Below are positions 36,763 to 47,091 of a stretch of DNA of 64,000 nucleotides, one piece after another. Under the pieces are notes generated by a model that saw only the letters and a program-made list of their open reading frames with translations, searched no databases and was not told the origin of the DNA. Made by a program: the position numbers and the translations under genes. Every line of letters begins with the position of its first letter. Positions within the stretch are counted from its first letter, which is position 1. The DNA comes from Longimicrobiales bacterium (GTDB lineage Bacteria > Gemmatimonadota > Gemmatimonadetes > Longimicrobiales > Gaopeijiaceae), in the NCBI GenBank assembly GCA_965204735.1, contig OZ242008.1:544001-608000 (forward strand), given 5' to 3'.

Positions 36763-39012
36763 TCACGAGGCCGGGCGGCGCGAGCTGATCATCAGCAGCG
36801 GCCGATCGGTGGCCCGGGCGATGCCCTGCACGACTTCGCCGAACGCCACTTCGCGACGACTCCGACGCTGAAGGCCTAGGACGACCAGGTCGGCGTCGGC
36901 GGCCCGTTCGGCGACCAGGGCCGCCACGTCGGCGCCGACAGCCACTTCGGCGTGGGCGGGTCCCGCGACCTCGTCCCAGGCCAGCCGTTGCAGGTCCCGC
37001 TCGGCTTTCCGCCTGGTTCCGGGGTCCGTGCCTTCGGGAAGCACGGCCATGAAGGTCACGTGGCGGCTCGCGGTGCGGCCCAGGCTTCCCAGCAGCCGCG
37101 CGCGCACCGGGCTATGGACCCGCCCGCCCCCGGAAGGGATCAGAATCCGCCGAACGTGGTCCGGCTTCCACTCGGCGGGCGCGCGCAGGATCACCACGTC
37201 GGCGTCCACTGCGCCCGCGAGCCGTTCCATGGGACCGGAGATCAGGGAGTCGTCGGAGCTGCCGATTCCCAGCAGGATGCTTTCGCACTTGGTGACGGCG
37301 GCCACCCTGGCGATCTCCTCCCATGGGTCGCTGCCGATCGTGATCCGCGCTTCGGGGCGGAGCGCGATCTCGAAGGCGGTGGCGAGCGCGTCGCCGAGCA
37401 CGTGCTGGGCGTCGATGATCTCCCTGGGCGTCGCGTGGGGGTCGTCCGGGTCGCGAGGGCCGGGCGGACCGACCACGGAAAGCAGCTGGACCCGGGAGAC
37501 CCGCCGCGGCGCCAGGGACTTGGCCATGGTCACCAGGGTCTCGGCGCTGGCCGGGTTCGCAATGGGAACGAGGACGATCGGACGGCGGCCTCGAAGCTTC
37601 ACGATCTGGGGGTCGAGGGCTTCCGAGGAGGCGTCCACCACGCGGGCGCGCGGCGCCAGGTAGAGGGCGTACAGGATCGCCCCGGCGGCAAGCCAGAGGG
37701 CCGCCAGGACGCCGGCCGAAGGCACCGCCACGGCCTGGTAGAGGCCGATCAGCAAGCAGGCGCCGCCGCCCACGACGGGCACCGCCGGGAACAGCGGAGC
37801 CCGGAAGCTTCGGGGCCGCCCGACTCGCTTGCGCGCCAAGTAGGCGATGGCGTGCGTCAGGGCGAAGCTGGCCAGGAAGATCAGGCTGGCGACCGCGCCC
37901 GCGGCTGCCACGTTGGGGACTGCCACCAGCAGGAACGCCACCACGACGGCCGTCAGCCGGGCTGCGCGCGTCGGGGTTCCGGTGCCCGGCGCCAAGGCCG
38001 CGTACCGCCGAGGAAGCGTTCGGTCGGAACCCATGGTGCGGGCGAAGCGGGAGGCGGCCAGCAAGTTGGCCTGCAACGCCGAGAGCATGGAGAGGAGGCC
38101 GGCCGCCAGGACCAGCCAATAGCCGGTTGGGCCAAGGAAGTTGCGGGCTGCCGCGGCCACCAGGATCTCGGGGTCTTCGCCCGCGAGCGCCGTCACCGGG
38201 CGTCCGGGCGAGCCCACGGCCACGATCAGGAAGAGGAGGGGCAGATAGATCGCCAGGGCCGTGCCCAGCGCCAGGAACATGGCCCGGGGAACGTTGCGTC
38301 GGCCCTTCTTGACCTCCCCGCCGACCGCCGCGATCAGGTCGAACCCCTGCAAGGCGATGAAGGTGTAGCCCATCGCTTGGGCGAGTCCCGCCGCTCCCTC
38401 GGCGAAGAAGGGTCGGAAGCGATCGGCCAGCGCGCCGGGCGGCGGCGCCTCGGCCGCCAGCACCCAGAACCCCGCCAGCAGGAGAACGCCGAACGCCACG
38501 ACCTTGCCTCCCGTCTCCCACTGGCCTCCCCCGGAGGCCGACCGGGTCAGCCGCCAAGTGTAGAAGCCGGTTGCGGCAAGGGCGTAGCCGACCAGCGCCA
38601 GACGCCCGCTCAGCCATTGCGGCGGCGCAACCCCCAGCGCCCGAAGCGGCTCCTCCAGGAACGGCACGAGAAAGACGGCGAACCCCATGGCGTAGAGCAC
38701 CGCCGCCACCACCGACGCGAACCAGACGATCCACCCCACGCCGAACGCCGCCTCTACCGACAGCACCCTGCGAGCGTACGTGTACGTCCCGCCCGAGTGC
38801 GGAAACCGCGCCGCAAGCTCCGCAAAGGAAAACACCGTCAGGAACGCGATGCACCCGTTGAGCGCGAACGCCAGGATCGCGCTCGGCCCCGTGGTCGCAA
38901 AGGCGACGCCCGCCAGCGCCAGTATCCCGCCGCCGACGATGGCGCCCACGCCGATCCCGGTCGCGCCGAGAAGGCCCAGGTGGGGGGGCTGGGAGGGGGC
39001 AGATGGGGACAT
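36763..39012 (-). CDS. APC-family permease with two C-terminal universal-stress-protein-like domains
   Basis: GVGAIVGGGI, ELAARFPHSGG, GFDLIAAVGGEVK, then VLVPIANP and ILIPSGG. Confidence 0.88.
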   Translation of the reverse strand: MSPSAPSQPPHLGLLGATGIGVGAIVGGGILALAGVAFATTGPSAILAFALNGCIAFLTVFSFAELAARFPHSGGTYTYARRVLSVEAAFGVGWIVWFASVVAAVLYAMGFAVFLVPFLEEPLRALGVAPPQWLSGRLALVGYALAATGFYTWRLTRSASGGGQWETGGKVVAFGVLLLAGFWVLAAEAPPPGALADRFRPFFAEGAAGLAQAMGYTFIALQGFDLIAAVGGEVKKGRRNVPRAMFLALGTALAIYLPLLFLIVAVGSPGRPVTALAGEDPEILVAAAARNFLGPTGYWLVLAAGLLSMLSALQANLLAASRFARTMGSDRTLPRRYAALAPGTGTPTRAARLTAVVVAFLLVAVPNVAAAGAVASLIFLASFALTHAIAYLARKRVGRPRSFRAPLFPAVPVVGGGACLLIGLYQAVAVPSAGVLAALWLAAGAILYALYLAPRARVVDASSEALDPQIVKLRGRRPIVLVPIANPASAETLVTMAKSLAPRRVSRVQLLSVVGPPGPRDPDDPHATPREIIDAQHVLGDALATAFEIALRPEARITIGSDPWEEIARVAAVTKCESILLGIGSSDDSLISGPMERLAGAVDADVVILRAPAEWKPDHVRRILIPSGGGRVHSPVRARLLGSLGRTASRHVTFMAVLPEGTDPGTRRKAERDLQRLAWDEVAGPAHAEVAVGADVAALVAERAADADLVVLGLQRRSRREVAFGEVVQGIARATDRPLLMISSRRPAS

Positions 39013-39099
39013 GACGACAATCTGGCGCCGATGGACGGCGTATGTCACTTGCTATCGGTGGAATCGTGGCTCCCAGGCTGGCTCCACTGTGAGCTTCCC

Positions 39100-39128
39100 T
39101 TGACACCGCCGCCAGGACGCTGTACGAT
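39100..39128 (+). promoter_or_regulatory. Near-consensus sigma70 promoter for the DUF262 gene
   Basis: TTGACA (39100-39105), 17 bp spacer, TACGAT (39123-39128). Confidence 0.6.
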
Positions 39129-39211
39129 CCCTGCGCCCGTGTTTCGACCGCTTCCAGCTGGCGGAACGTGGATCTCACGTTTGAGGATGATGACCAAGAG
39201 GGAGACGTAGC

Positions 39212-40966
39212 GTGGCATACCAGACAGGCCGCACCATCAAGGAGACCCTTGACGCGATTCACCGTAATGACTTGGTGCTGCCAGCCATTCAGCGAGAGTT
39301 CGTATGGAGTGGAATGCAGATATGCAGACTCTTCGACAGCTTGTTGCAGGGCTACCCGTTCGGGACGTTTCTGTACTGGAACATCCAGCCGGAGAATAGT
39401 GCGAACCACACGTATTTTGATTTTGTACGGCATTACCACCAGCGTGATGCGCCCTACTGTCCTCGCTTAGACCCTATGCCCAGTCAAAAACTCACTGCCG
39501 TGCTTGACGGTCAACAACGTTTGACAGCGCTGAACATAGGCTTTCGAGGCAGCGCGGCTTGGAAACTACCCAGGAAACACTGGAAGAGCCATGATGCCTT
39601 TCCAGTCCGGCATCTCTTCTTGGATCTATTGTGGGCGCCGGCCGAAGATGAACAGGGAAGAAAGTATCGATTTCGGTTTCTGACAGAAAATCAAGCTGGC
39701 AAGAACAACGATGAATGGTGGTTTCGAGTATCGGATATCTTGAACATGACCGAAATTGACGACATCATGGAGTGGGTGGAGAAACACAAGCTGACTCAAG
39801 GATCAACGGCCTTGGGACGGTTGTACAAGATTGCTCACGTGACTCCGGTCGTGGTCTGCTATCAGGAAGGGAGACAAGAGCTTGACAAAGTACTTCAGAT
39901 TTTCATCCGCATGAACAGCGGTGGAACGACATTGTCGCATTCAGATCTGTTGCTGTCTGTAGCAGTATCCGAGTGGACAAAGCGCGACGCACGCATGGAG
40001 ATACGGACCTTGGTACAAGAACTCAACCGTATCGGTGATGGATTCTCGTTCTCGAAGGATTTTGTGCTAAAGGCGGGCCTGATGCTGTGCGACATCCGTA
40101 GCGTCGCGTTCAAAGTAGACAACTTCAACGCCCAAAACATGAAGACTCTTGAGAACAGCTGGGAACACGTCAAGGAGTCTCTGTTGACAGCAGTTCAGCT
40201 GATTTCTGATTTTGGCTTTAGTGCCTCTACATTGCGTGCCGATAGCGCAGTGCTGCCGATAGCTTACTACGTCCATGGTCGTCGCCAAGATTACTCTCTG
40301 ACACAGGAGGATCGTGATGAGATTCGCAAATGGTTGTGTCACAGCATCCTCAAGGCGTCGGGGATATGGGGCAGCGGCTTGGACACGTTGCTCACGGCAC
40401 TCCGTCAAGTCATCAAGGTCAGCGGCAATTCTTTTCCCGCCGCTGAACTCCGAGCAGAAATGAACCGCCGTGGACGATCACTCTCCTTCATTGCCGAGGA
40501 AGTTGAGGACTTGGCAGACCTGAAATACGGTAACGCTCGTGTGTTTGCCTTGCTGTCACTGCTCTTTCCATCGGTCGACGTTACCAACAGCCATTTCCAC
40601 ATTGACCACATTTTTCCACGAGCGCGATTCGCTAAGGCCCGGTTGCAGAATGCAAATGTACCTGACTCCAAGCATGGCGACTATCTGGAACGCCGGGACA
40701 GGCTGGCCAACTTGCAACTTCTCGAAGGAAAGCAAAATAAAGCGAAGCAAGCGAAGCTTCCATCCCTCTGGCTTGACGAGATAGACTCAACAACACGGAC
40801 GGCCTATTGCGAACGCCATGTCCTGGGCGATGTACCCGATCAGATGGCGGGTTTCTTGTCGTTTTATGAAACTCGGCGGCACGCCTTGCGGGATAAGATA
40901 GCCACACTACTGGGCACACCGATGGACCAAGTCCGGGAGGAATCGCAGGCCGCTGACGGTCAGTGA
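39212..40966 (+). CDS. DUF262 plus HNH (DUF1524) protein, GmrSD-like type IV restriction nuclease
   Basis: PAIQREFVW, LDGQQRLT, IFIRMNSGG, C-terminal HIDHIFP...LANLQLL...N. GC visibly lower than flanks. Confidence 0.85.
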   Translation: MAYQTGRTIKETLDAIHRNDLVLPAIQREFVWSGMQICRLFDSLLQGYPFGTFLYWNIQPENSANHTYFDFVRHYHQRDAPYCPRLDPMPSQKLTAVLDGQQRLTALNIGFRGSAAWKLPRKHWKSHDAFPVRHLFLDLLWAPAEDEQGRKYRFRFLTENQAGKNNDEWWFRVSDILNMTEIDDIMEWVEKHKLTQGSTALGRLYKIAHVTPVVVCYQEGRQELDKVLQIFIRMNSGGTTLSHSDLLLSVAVSEWTKRDARMEIRTLVQELNRIGDGFSFSKDFVLKAGLMLCDIRSVAFKVDNFNAQNMKTLENSWEHVKESLLTAVQLISDFGFSASTLRADSAVLPIAYYVHGRRQDYSLTQEDRDEIRKWLCHSILKASGIWGSGLDTLLTALRQVIKVSGNSFPAAELRAEMNRRGRSLSFIAEEVEDLADLKYGNARVFALLSLLFPSVDVTNSHFHIDHIFPRARFAKARLQNANVPDSKHGDYLERRDRLANLQLLEGKQNKAKQAKLPSLWLDEIDSTTRTAYCERHVLGDVPDQMAGFLSFYETRRHALRDKIATLLGTPMDQVREESQAADGQ

Positions 40967-41025
40967 CTGCAACCTATTATGGATGATAGCGAAACTCCAC
41001 GCCACAGGTGAGCCGAAGAAAGACC

Positions 41026-42066
41026 TCATTCGTTGCGGTACCGCCGGAGGCTGGTGTGCTTGGTGAGCCGATCAACCTGAGACATGGTGAACACAAGTCC
41101 GCGCGTGGCTAACAGCAACGCCTTCATGTCGGCCCTTCGCACTCCGAATCCCCGACCGGCAATGCAGGCAATGACCTCGAAGCCGGCCAGGCCGTCTCGT
41201 TCACGGCTGTTCCTCATCTCTGCAAGACGAATGACCCGCGCTATCTTGTCTCTCGCCGTGCCGTCGTCCTGGGTCATCTTGGCTTCGATGAGGGCGATCG
41301 GGTTCTCGCAATCCGGGCAGAAGAAGTCGGGATTCTGCTGCCATCCCTCCAACGCCTCGGCCTGCTTGGTTCGGAAATGCGGCACTTCTCCAGCAATCAA
41401 CTCCCGTTCAATCTTGTCTTCGAGGGCACCACCTACCAGTTCGCTGACCGAATCGCGATGCGAGGCAAAGGGTCGTCCCAGAAATCTCTCATACAGCAAG
41501 GATGGATAGTCCACGCCTCCCGATGCGACTCCGACAAGGCTTTCCTGCCCCAATGTCGTGTCCACCTTGTCCAGACGATGAATTCGATCGTCGTCGGTCA
41601 CTGGTACCGGTCTCGTCAGCAACTCGCAAGCCGTGCCTACAAGAGCACGAATCCTTTCTTCCTGCAGGGCCGTATGACCAATTATCGACTTCGGGTCCCT
41701 CCTGATGCCACGATCCAGACTTCGAGCAAAGCCTTGTCCAACAGTGACGCCGGAGATCAGCGTCGTGACATCGGACCATTCGGGCGGGGACAGACCAAGA
41801 ATGGTGCGGAGCACGACAAGCCCGATGGGAACACGGCACACCGTCTCGAACAGGGTGTCGGCGTCGATCCGCTCGAATCCCTCGGTAGCGGCGTAAATCG
41901 CTTCGTAACCCTCTACGAACGCGTCGAATACAACGAAGCCTTCGCCGCGCGGCATGACAAGGAAATCGCTCTCCAGGGCTCGAAAGACCCGGTCGACGTA
42001 CTCGTCCAAGTCACTACGCAAGCGATCTAATGAGACTTCGAACGAGAACGGTCCGTCAGTCGCCAC
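41026..42066 (-). CDS. Putative PD-(D/E)xK restriction endonuclease
   Basis: LEDKIE...NPDFFCP...LIEAKMTQDDGTARDK. Overlaps the MTase stop by 11 bp. Confidence 0.7.
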   Translation of the reverse strand: MATDGPFSFEVSLDRLRSDLDEYVDRVFRALESDFLVMPRGEGFVVFDAFVEGYEAIYAATEGFERIDADTLFETVCRVPIGLVVLRTILGLSPPEWSDVTTLISGVTVGQGFARSLDRGIRRDPKSIIGHTALQEERIRALVGTACELLTRPVPVTDDDRIHRLDKVDTTLGQESLVGVASGGVDYPSLLYERFLGRPFASHRDSVSELVGGALEDKIERELIAGEVPHFRTKQAEALEGWQQNPDFFCPDCENPIALIEAKMTQDDGTARDKIARVIRLAEMRNSRERDGLAGFEVIACIAGRGFGVRRADMKALLLATRGLVFTMSQVDRLTKHTSLRRYRNE

Positions 42067-44239
42067 GGAAGTCCTCGAAGAAGCTGCGCTGCAAGTCTCT
42101 GCTGGTCGCGACGTCAGTCAATTCCAGCAACTCCAGGACCCCTTCGACGGTGGCCAGATCGTCCATGGCGCGGCGGACGCGGGCAAGCTTCGTGCTCGTG
42201 GCGACTTGGGGGTCCCAAGTCTCACGAAGTGCCCACACCGCCATTCGCGTAATGTGCCCCAGGGCGATGCAACGTGTGTCGCCGGCGCTCGGTCGCACGT
42301 CGCCGGTCCGAAGCTGGACCAGGTCGGCGGCCACGAGTTGCGAGACTTCCTCTGGGCCGAACGCCAAGGTGCCCTCTGAGACAGGCGCGTCCTTGCGACA
42401 AACGAACACGGTGTCCACGATCGACGAACGGGTGCCGTTGATGTGTATCGAACCGCTCATCTCGGCAGGGCAGGGCAGTGTTGCCGTTGCGACGAGCCCA
42501 GCGTCTAGGATCGCCACGGCGACGGGGCAGTATGCGCTTGCTCGGTTGTGGTGGTAGGTAAACGCAAGAGGCGCTCCGGGCTTCAGTGCGTCGACCATTC
42601 GACCGTAGACCTTCGCCAAGCCCTCGGTGAAGTGCTCCAGGCCGCGACCCTCGGTTTGATTGCCCGTCAGTTCGCTGCGGCTTCGAGTAGAAGTTGGACG
42701 GAATTCGCCGTTTTTCGTCTTGGCCAGTCGCCGAAGCCAGACGTAGCAGAAGTCCATCAGCTCGGCGTACTGGACGCTGTCGTAGTACGGCGGATCGGTA
42801 AGGACCGCGTCCAGGGAATTCGGCGCAAGCGACGCGTGGGTCGCGCTGTCGCAAGCAAGGAGCGCAACGCGGCCCCCGGAGTCGTCGGTACGATCGTTGC
42901 CACAGATTTCGGCCTCGATCCGTTCGCCCGTCGTGTACACGCGGGTCCGGGAGCCGGCGGCGACCTCGAAGGGCCTGTCGCAGTAGTGCTTGGCCGTCTT
43001 GTACTTGTCCAAGATGTTGACCCATCCGCCGCTGCCCACAGCCTTCCCGCTTCGGTGCCGCGTCCCAAGCAGGTTGACTTCGCATCGCACAAGTCCCGTG
43101 GGAAAGCCGTGGACCGAGAACAAATCCAGGGCCTTCAGCGTTCGGGTGTCGTAGCGCACGAGCAAATTGTTGTAGCGCAGGAGATCCGACAAGTTGGTGG
43201 CCAAGGCGCGGTGGATGGCTGGATCGGATTCCGCCGCGACCAGGCGACAGCTTGTTTCCAGGCCGAGCAGCTGGCGGTCGTTGAACATCTCGCGGTAACG
43301 GCGATAGCCCCAGCGGTGCAGCCTTGTCGATTCGTCGCCCGGCGGAATTGCGTCGCCGGGCACGTAGCGTGGATCGATGCGCTGCCAGCGATTCTTGGCT
43401 TCGTCGTAGTTGGCCAGGTCCCGTGCGCTAGGCGTCTTGAAGAAGCGACCCCTGTGTCCCGCCCGGCAGTCGTGGCAGTGATACTCGATCGCAAACATGC
43501 GATGTTCCAGGGGTCCCTCCGTTGCCGCCGGAAACGAGTTGGAGGCGCCGCAATGGTCGCACTGGACGAGGCCTCGCCTAGCCGGTCCCTCCGTACGCAA
43601 CGACGCAGCGCAATGGGGGCATGGGCCGGGCGAGTTGCGATCGGCCACTTCGGCGAGACGGCCGCATCCGGCGCAGAGCAGGACGTTGCGGGGATGCCGG
43701 GCGTTGGTCGCGACCACATAGCCGGGAAAGAGATCGATCGGCCGATGGCACTCGGCGCACGGCTGGGTCTTCACCCATAGGAAGTACTTGACCGGTGCCG
43801 GGCCCTCGCACCGGCTGCATTCAGTTTTGTACAAACTGCCGATCTGGGACCGCAGGTTGCCCAGGAGTGCCCGCCCGGCTTCTTCGTAGGCGGCTACGTT
43901 CAGGCGTTCCAGCTCGCGTCCCACGATCCACCACGCCATCGGGTTGATGTCCCAACCGGCTATGTCCGCGCCCAGGCGGTTGGCTTCGACCAGCGGCGTG
44001 CCGCCGCCCATGAATGGATCGGCTATCCGCTTGTGGCGCAGGCTGTGGGACCGGAAGTAGCTGTCGCGAAGCCGAGAGTCCACGAACTCGGAAAGCAGAA
44101 GACCGCGAAAGAGTGTGCCGGGGCGCCGAGCGAACCACTTGTGCACGGCGATCACGGGTCGGTAGTTCTGCTGAATCGCCTTCTCCCGCAACGCCATGGC
44201 GGCAACGAAAGGCACGTCGAAGCGGTGCTCGATGCTCAT
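42056..44239 (-). CDS. DUF1156-like amino-DNA methyltransferase with Zn-ribbon insert
   Basis: HKWFARRP, DPFMGGG (motif I), six CxxC pairs, TDPPY (motif IV), FTYHH. Confidence 0.88.
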   Translation of the reverse strand: MSIEHRFDVPFVAAMALREKAIQQNYRPVIAVHKWFARRPGTLFRGLLLSEFVDSRLRDSYFRSHSLRHKRIADPFMGGGTPLVEANRLGADIAGWDINPMAWWIVGRELERLNVAAYEEAGRALLGNLRSQIGSLYKTECSRCEGPAPVKYFLWVKTQPCAECHRPIDLFPGYVVATNARHPRNVLLCAGCGRLAEVADRNSPGPCPHCAASLRTEGPARRGLVQCDHCGASNSFPAATEGPLEHRMFAIEYHCHDCRAGHRGRFFKTPSARDLANYDEAKNRWQRIDPRYVPGDAIPPGDESTRLHRWGYRRYREMFNDRQLLGLETSCRLVAAESDPAIHRALATNLSDLLRYNNLLVRYDTRTLKALDLFSVHGFPTGLVRCEVNLLGTRHRSGKAVGSGGWVNILDKYKTAKHYCDRPFEVAAGSRTRVYTTGERIEAEICGNDRTDDSGGRVALLACDSATHASLAPNSLDAVLTDPPYYDSVQYAELMDFCYVWLRRLAKTKNGEFRPTSTRSRSELTGNQTEGRGLEHFTEGLAKVYGRMVDALKPGAPLAFTYHHNRASAYCPVAVAILDAGLVATATLPCPAEMSGSIHINGTRSSIVDTVFVCRKDAPVSEGTLAFGPEEVSQLVAADLVQLRTGDVRPSAGDTRCIALGHITRMAVWALRETWDPQVATSTKLARVRRAMDDLATVEGVLELLELTDVATSRDLQRSFFEDFRGD

Positions 44240-45402
44240 GTCGCGGCACTCAGCTGCTGCACGATGTCCGGCAACGTGATCGCCTCCACACCGTGCCGCA
44301 GCGGGAAGCTCTCGTCGCCGGCGTGAACGACGTACTTGCGTGTCGGCCGAAGGTCGTCGCATGCCGCATGGAAGCCGCGGGACACGGACGGGGCCGAGCT
44401 TCGCTTTACCTCGATCGCCCACAGCTTGCTCGCGCCCAGGTCGAGCGTGAGGTCGATCTCCGCGCCGCTTCGCGTGCGGTAATGGCCCCACTGGGCGTGT
44501 GCCGGGGCGGCGCCGAGTATGCTCTCCACGACGAACTCCTCCCAGCTTCCGCCGACGACGGGATGGCCCAAGAGGGAATCGTAGGACTCGATCCCCAGCA
44601 GGGCGTGGCAGACGCCGCTGTCCCGCAGGTAGGTCTTGGGGGCCTTGACTAGGTGCTTGCCGACGTTGCTGGACCACGAGGGAAGGCGGCGCATGAGCAG
44701 CAAGTCCACCATGAGGTCCAGATAGCGGCCGACCGTGACGCCCTTCACGCCAAGGCTGCGTGCCAGCTGGGCGGCGTTGAACGTTCGACCTTGGTTGTGG
44801 GCCAGCATCGTCCAGAAGCGGCGGAGCGTCTCGCTCGGTATGCGGGGGCCGAGGGCGGGGATGTCGCGCTCCAGATACGTCGCCACGAAGTCGAAGCGCC
44901 ACTCGAAGCTGGTGCGGTCGTCGTCGGCCAGGAAGCTCTCGGGCAGGCCGCCTCGCAGCCAGAGTTGGTCCCGCGCGTCTGGAGGAATCTCGCGGATGTT
45001 CAGCGGCCGAAGCTCGAAGTGGGCGACGCGGCCGGCCAGGGTCTCGCCCGACTGCCGGAGAAGGTCCAAGGACGCGGAGCCCAGGAACAGGAAGTGTCCC
45101 GTCGGTCGGCCCTCGCGTCTGCGTTCGTCGATGATGCTGCGCAATGGCTGGAAGAGCCCGGGCATCCTGTGGATCTCGTCGAAGACCACCAGCCGGTCGG
45201 CGTGGCGAGCGCAGTAGTCTTCGATGCTTGCGAGCTTTGCGGCGTCGCTGGGCCGCTCCAGGTCAAGGTAGGCCGCGTCCCGCTCCCGGGCGATTTCGAG
45301 GGCGAGGGTCGTCTTGCCCACCTGGCGGGTGCCCGTGAGCACGACGGCGGGCGCGCGGTCCAGCATTCCCTGGACGACCGCCTTGGCTTGGCGCGGGATC
45401 AT
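44236..45402 (-). CDS. AAA_14 ATPase plus DUF4143 (C-terminal nuclease-like) protein
   Basis: GTRQVGKT, FDEIH, LGSAS, ETLAGR, RGGLP, KTYLRDSG, EIDL...IEVK. Confidence 0.9.
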   Translation of the reverse strand: MIPRQAKAVVQGMLDRAPAVVLTGTRQVGKTTLALEIARERDAAYLDLERPSDAAKLASIEDYCARHADRLVVFDEIHRMPGLFQPLRSIIDERRREGRPTGHFLFLGSASLDLLRQSGETLAGRVAHFELRPLNIREIPPDARDQLWLRGGLPESFLADDDRTSFEWRFDFVATYLERDIPALGPRIPSETLRRFWTMLAHNQGRTFNAAQLARSLGVKGVTVGRYLDLMVDLLLMRRLPSWSSNVGKHLVKAPKTYLRDSGVCHALLGIESYDSLLGHPVVGGSWEEFVVESILGAAPAHAQWGHYRTRSGAEIDLTLDLGASKLWAIEVKRSSAPSVSRGFHAACDDLRPTRKYVVHAGDESFPLRHGVEAITLPDIVQQLSAAT

Positions 45403-45568
45403 GAACCCTCCTCCGAGGCTGGCTCGACAAGAAGGCAAATGTAACATGCCGTGTGCGATTTGCCTGGTTCAGGTCTATTGCACGGCTTTCCGCCGACGCT
45501 CCTCCGGCCCCTCGCAACGCACAGCGTTCTGGCTGGCCGACGCGCTTCGCGACCGCGCCTCGCGATTA

Positions 45569-47068
45569 CTACGAGGACGGCGCGAGGTCCCTGAAGAAGA
45601 TCGCCGCGACCTCCTTCGGCGGCGGAGGCGTCGCCAAGCTCACCGACACCAGCAGGGCCAGCGAGACGAAGGGGCCGACCAGCGCCGGCCACAGCCCCCC
45701 GATCCAGTTGTCGAAGCTGCCGTGCTGCGCGTATCCGAGAGCATACCAGAGCACGCACGTCGCCGCGCCGCCGAGCATCGCCGCGATTCCGCCTTCCTTG
45801 GTCGCGCGGGGCCACCACACCCCCAGCAGGAGGGGGAAGGTGAAGGCGGAGGCCATCAGGCTGAACGACATCGTCACGATCCAGAGAATGGTGGCCGGCG
45901 GGTCGACGGCGACGAGGACGGCGACCAGCCCGATTCCCAGCGTCGTCAGGCGGGCCAGCTTCAGGCCCCGCTTCGGCGTCACCGTCCGCCTGGCGAGAGG
46001 GGCGTACAAGTTCTCGACGACCAACGAGCTGGCCAGCAGCAGGATCGAGTCGATTGTGGACATTGTGGCGCCCAGCACGGCGGCGACGATGATCCCGCCG
46101 AAGACGGGGTGCAGCAGCGCGCGCACCAAGGTGGGCAACGCCATGTCCGTCTGTTCCAGGGAAGGGAGAAGCACGCCCGACGATATCGCGATCAGCGTGG
46201 AAGTGGCGAAGATGAACGACGAGAAAGCGATGGAGAAGACCAAGGCGCGCTTCAGCGTGCGTTCGCTCTCGGGGATCAGGAACCGGGTGACGGCCGCCGG
46301 CGCGCCTCCGATCTGGAAGAACCCCCACGCCAGGAACGACGACACGACCCAGAGCGCGGGCATGCCGCCCAGAAAGGAAATGCTCTCGGGGTTCAGCTGC
46401 GCGTAGCGAAGGTGCATCTCGCCGAACCCGCCCGCGGCGCTCACCGCCATCGGCGCCAGGACCGCGAACCCGACGATCATGATCGTGCCCTGCAATAGAT
46501 CGGTGGCCGCGACGGCCCGCATTCCGCCGATCACGGTGTACAGGATCACGATGCCGCCGAAGACGACCAGGCCGATCAGGTACGGCAACTCCAGCAGCAC
46601 CTGAAAGAGGTTGGCGGCGGCCTTGAGCTGGGCTGCGATCAAGGGCACGAACGCCAGGAGCATGAGCGCCGTGGCGAGAGTCGCGACCGTCCGACCGTAG
46701 TACCGCGCCTGCAGCACGTCCACGATCGTCGTGCAGCGGATGCGAGACGCAACCCGCCGCAACCGTTCGCCCAGCAGGATGTACGTGAACCACGGCGCGG
46801 CGGCAGACGACACGCCTCCCGGCGCGAAGTTGTACCCCAGCACCCGCTCGGTCCCGACGGCGCCCATGTAGGAGCTTCCGCTCATCTGGGTGGCCGAGTA
46901 CGAGAAGCCCAGCGTGGCGGGTCCGAGCTCGCCCCGGGCCAGGAAGTACTGCTCCCGCGACCTGGTGCGTCGGTTGAACCAAAGCCCCAGTCCCATGAGC
47001 CCGGCGAAGTAGAGCGCCAGGATCGCCGTGTACAGGGTCGTCTCGGAGAACAGGGCCCCTTCGGACAT
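45569..47068 (-). CDS. Sodium:solute symporter (PutP/PanF-like)
   Basis: YFLARG, SATQMSGSSYMG, YTVIGGMRAVAATDLLQG, MSTIDSILL, ATKEGGIAAM. Confidence 0.9.
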   Translation of the reverse strand: MSEGALFSETTLYTAILALYFAGLMGLGLWFNRRTRSREQYFLARGELGPATLGFSYSATQMSGSSYMGAVGTERVLGYNFAPGGVSSAAAPWFTYILLGERLRRVASRIRCTTIVDVLQARYYGRTVATLATALMLLAFVPLIAAQLKAAANLFQVLLELPYLIGLVVFGGIVILYTVIGGMRAVAATDLLQGTIMIVGFAVLAPMAVSAAGGFGEMHLRYAQLNPESISFLGGMPALWVVSSFLAWGFFQIGGAPAAVTRFLIPESERTLKRALVFSIAFSSFIFATSTLIAISSGVLLPSLEQTDMALPTLVRALLHPVFGGIIVAAVLGATMSTIDSILLLASSLVVENLYAPLARRTVTPKRGLKLARLTTLGIGLVAVLVAVDPPATILWIVTMSFSLMASAFTFPLLLGVWWPRATKEGGIAAMLGGAATCVLWYALGYAQHGSFDNWIGGLWPALVGPFVSLALLVSVSLATPPPPKEVAAIFFRDLAPSS

Positions 47069-47091
47069 TGCCTTGCCCGCGCCGGACCCCG

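Noticed and set aside
39050..45450. Calling the defence island a defined mobile element
   Set aside because: No integrase, transposase, tRNA target or terminal repeats seen.
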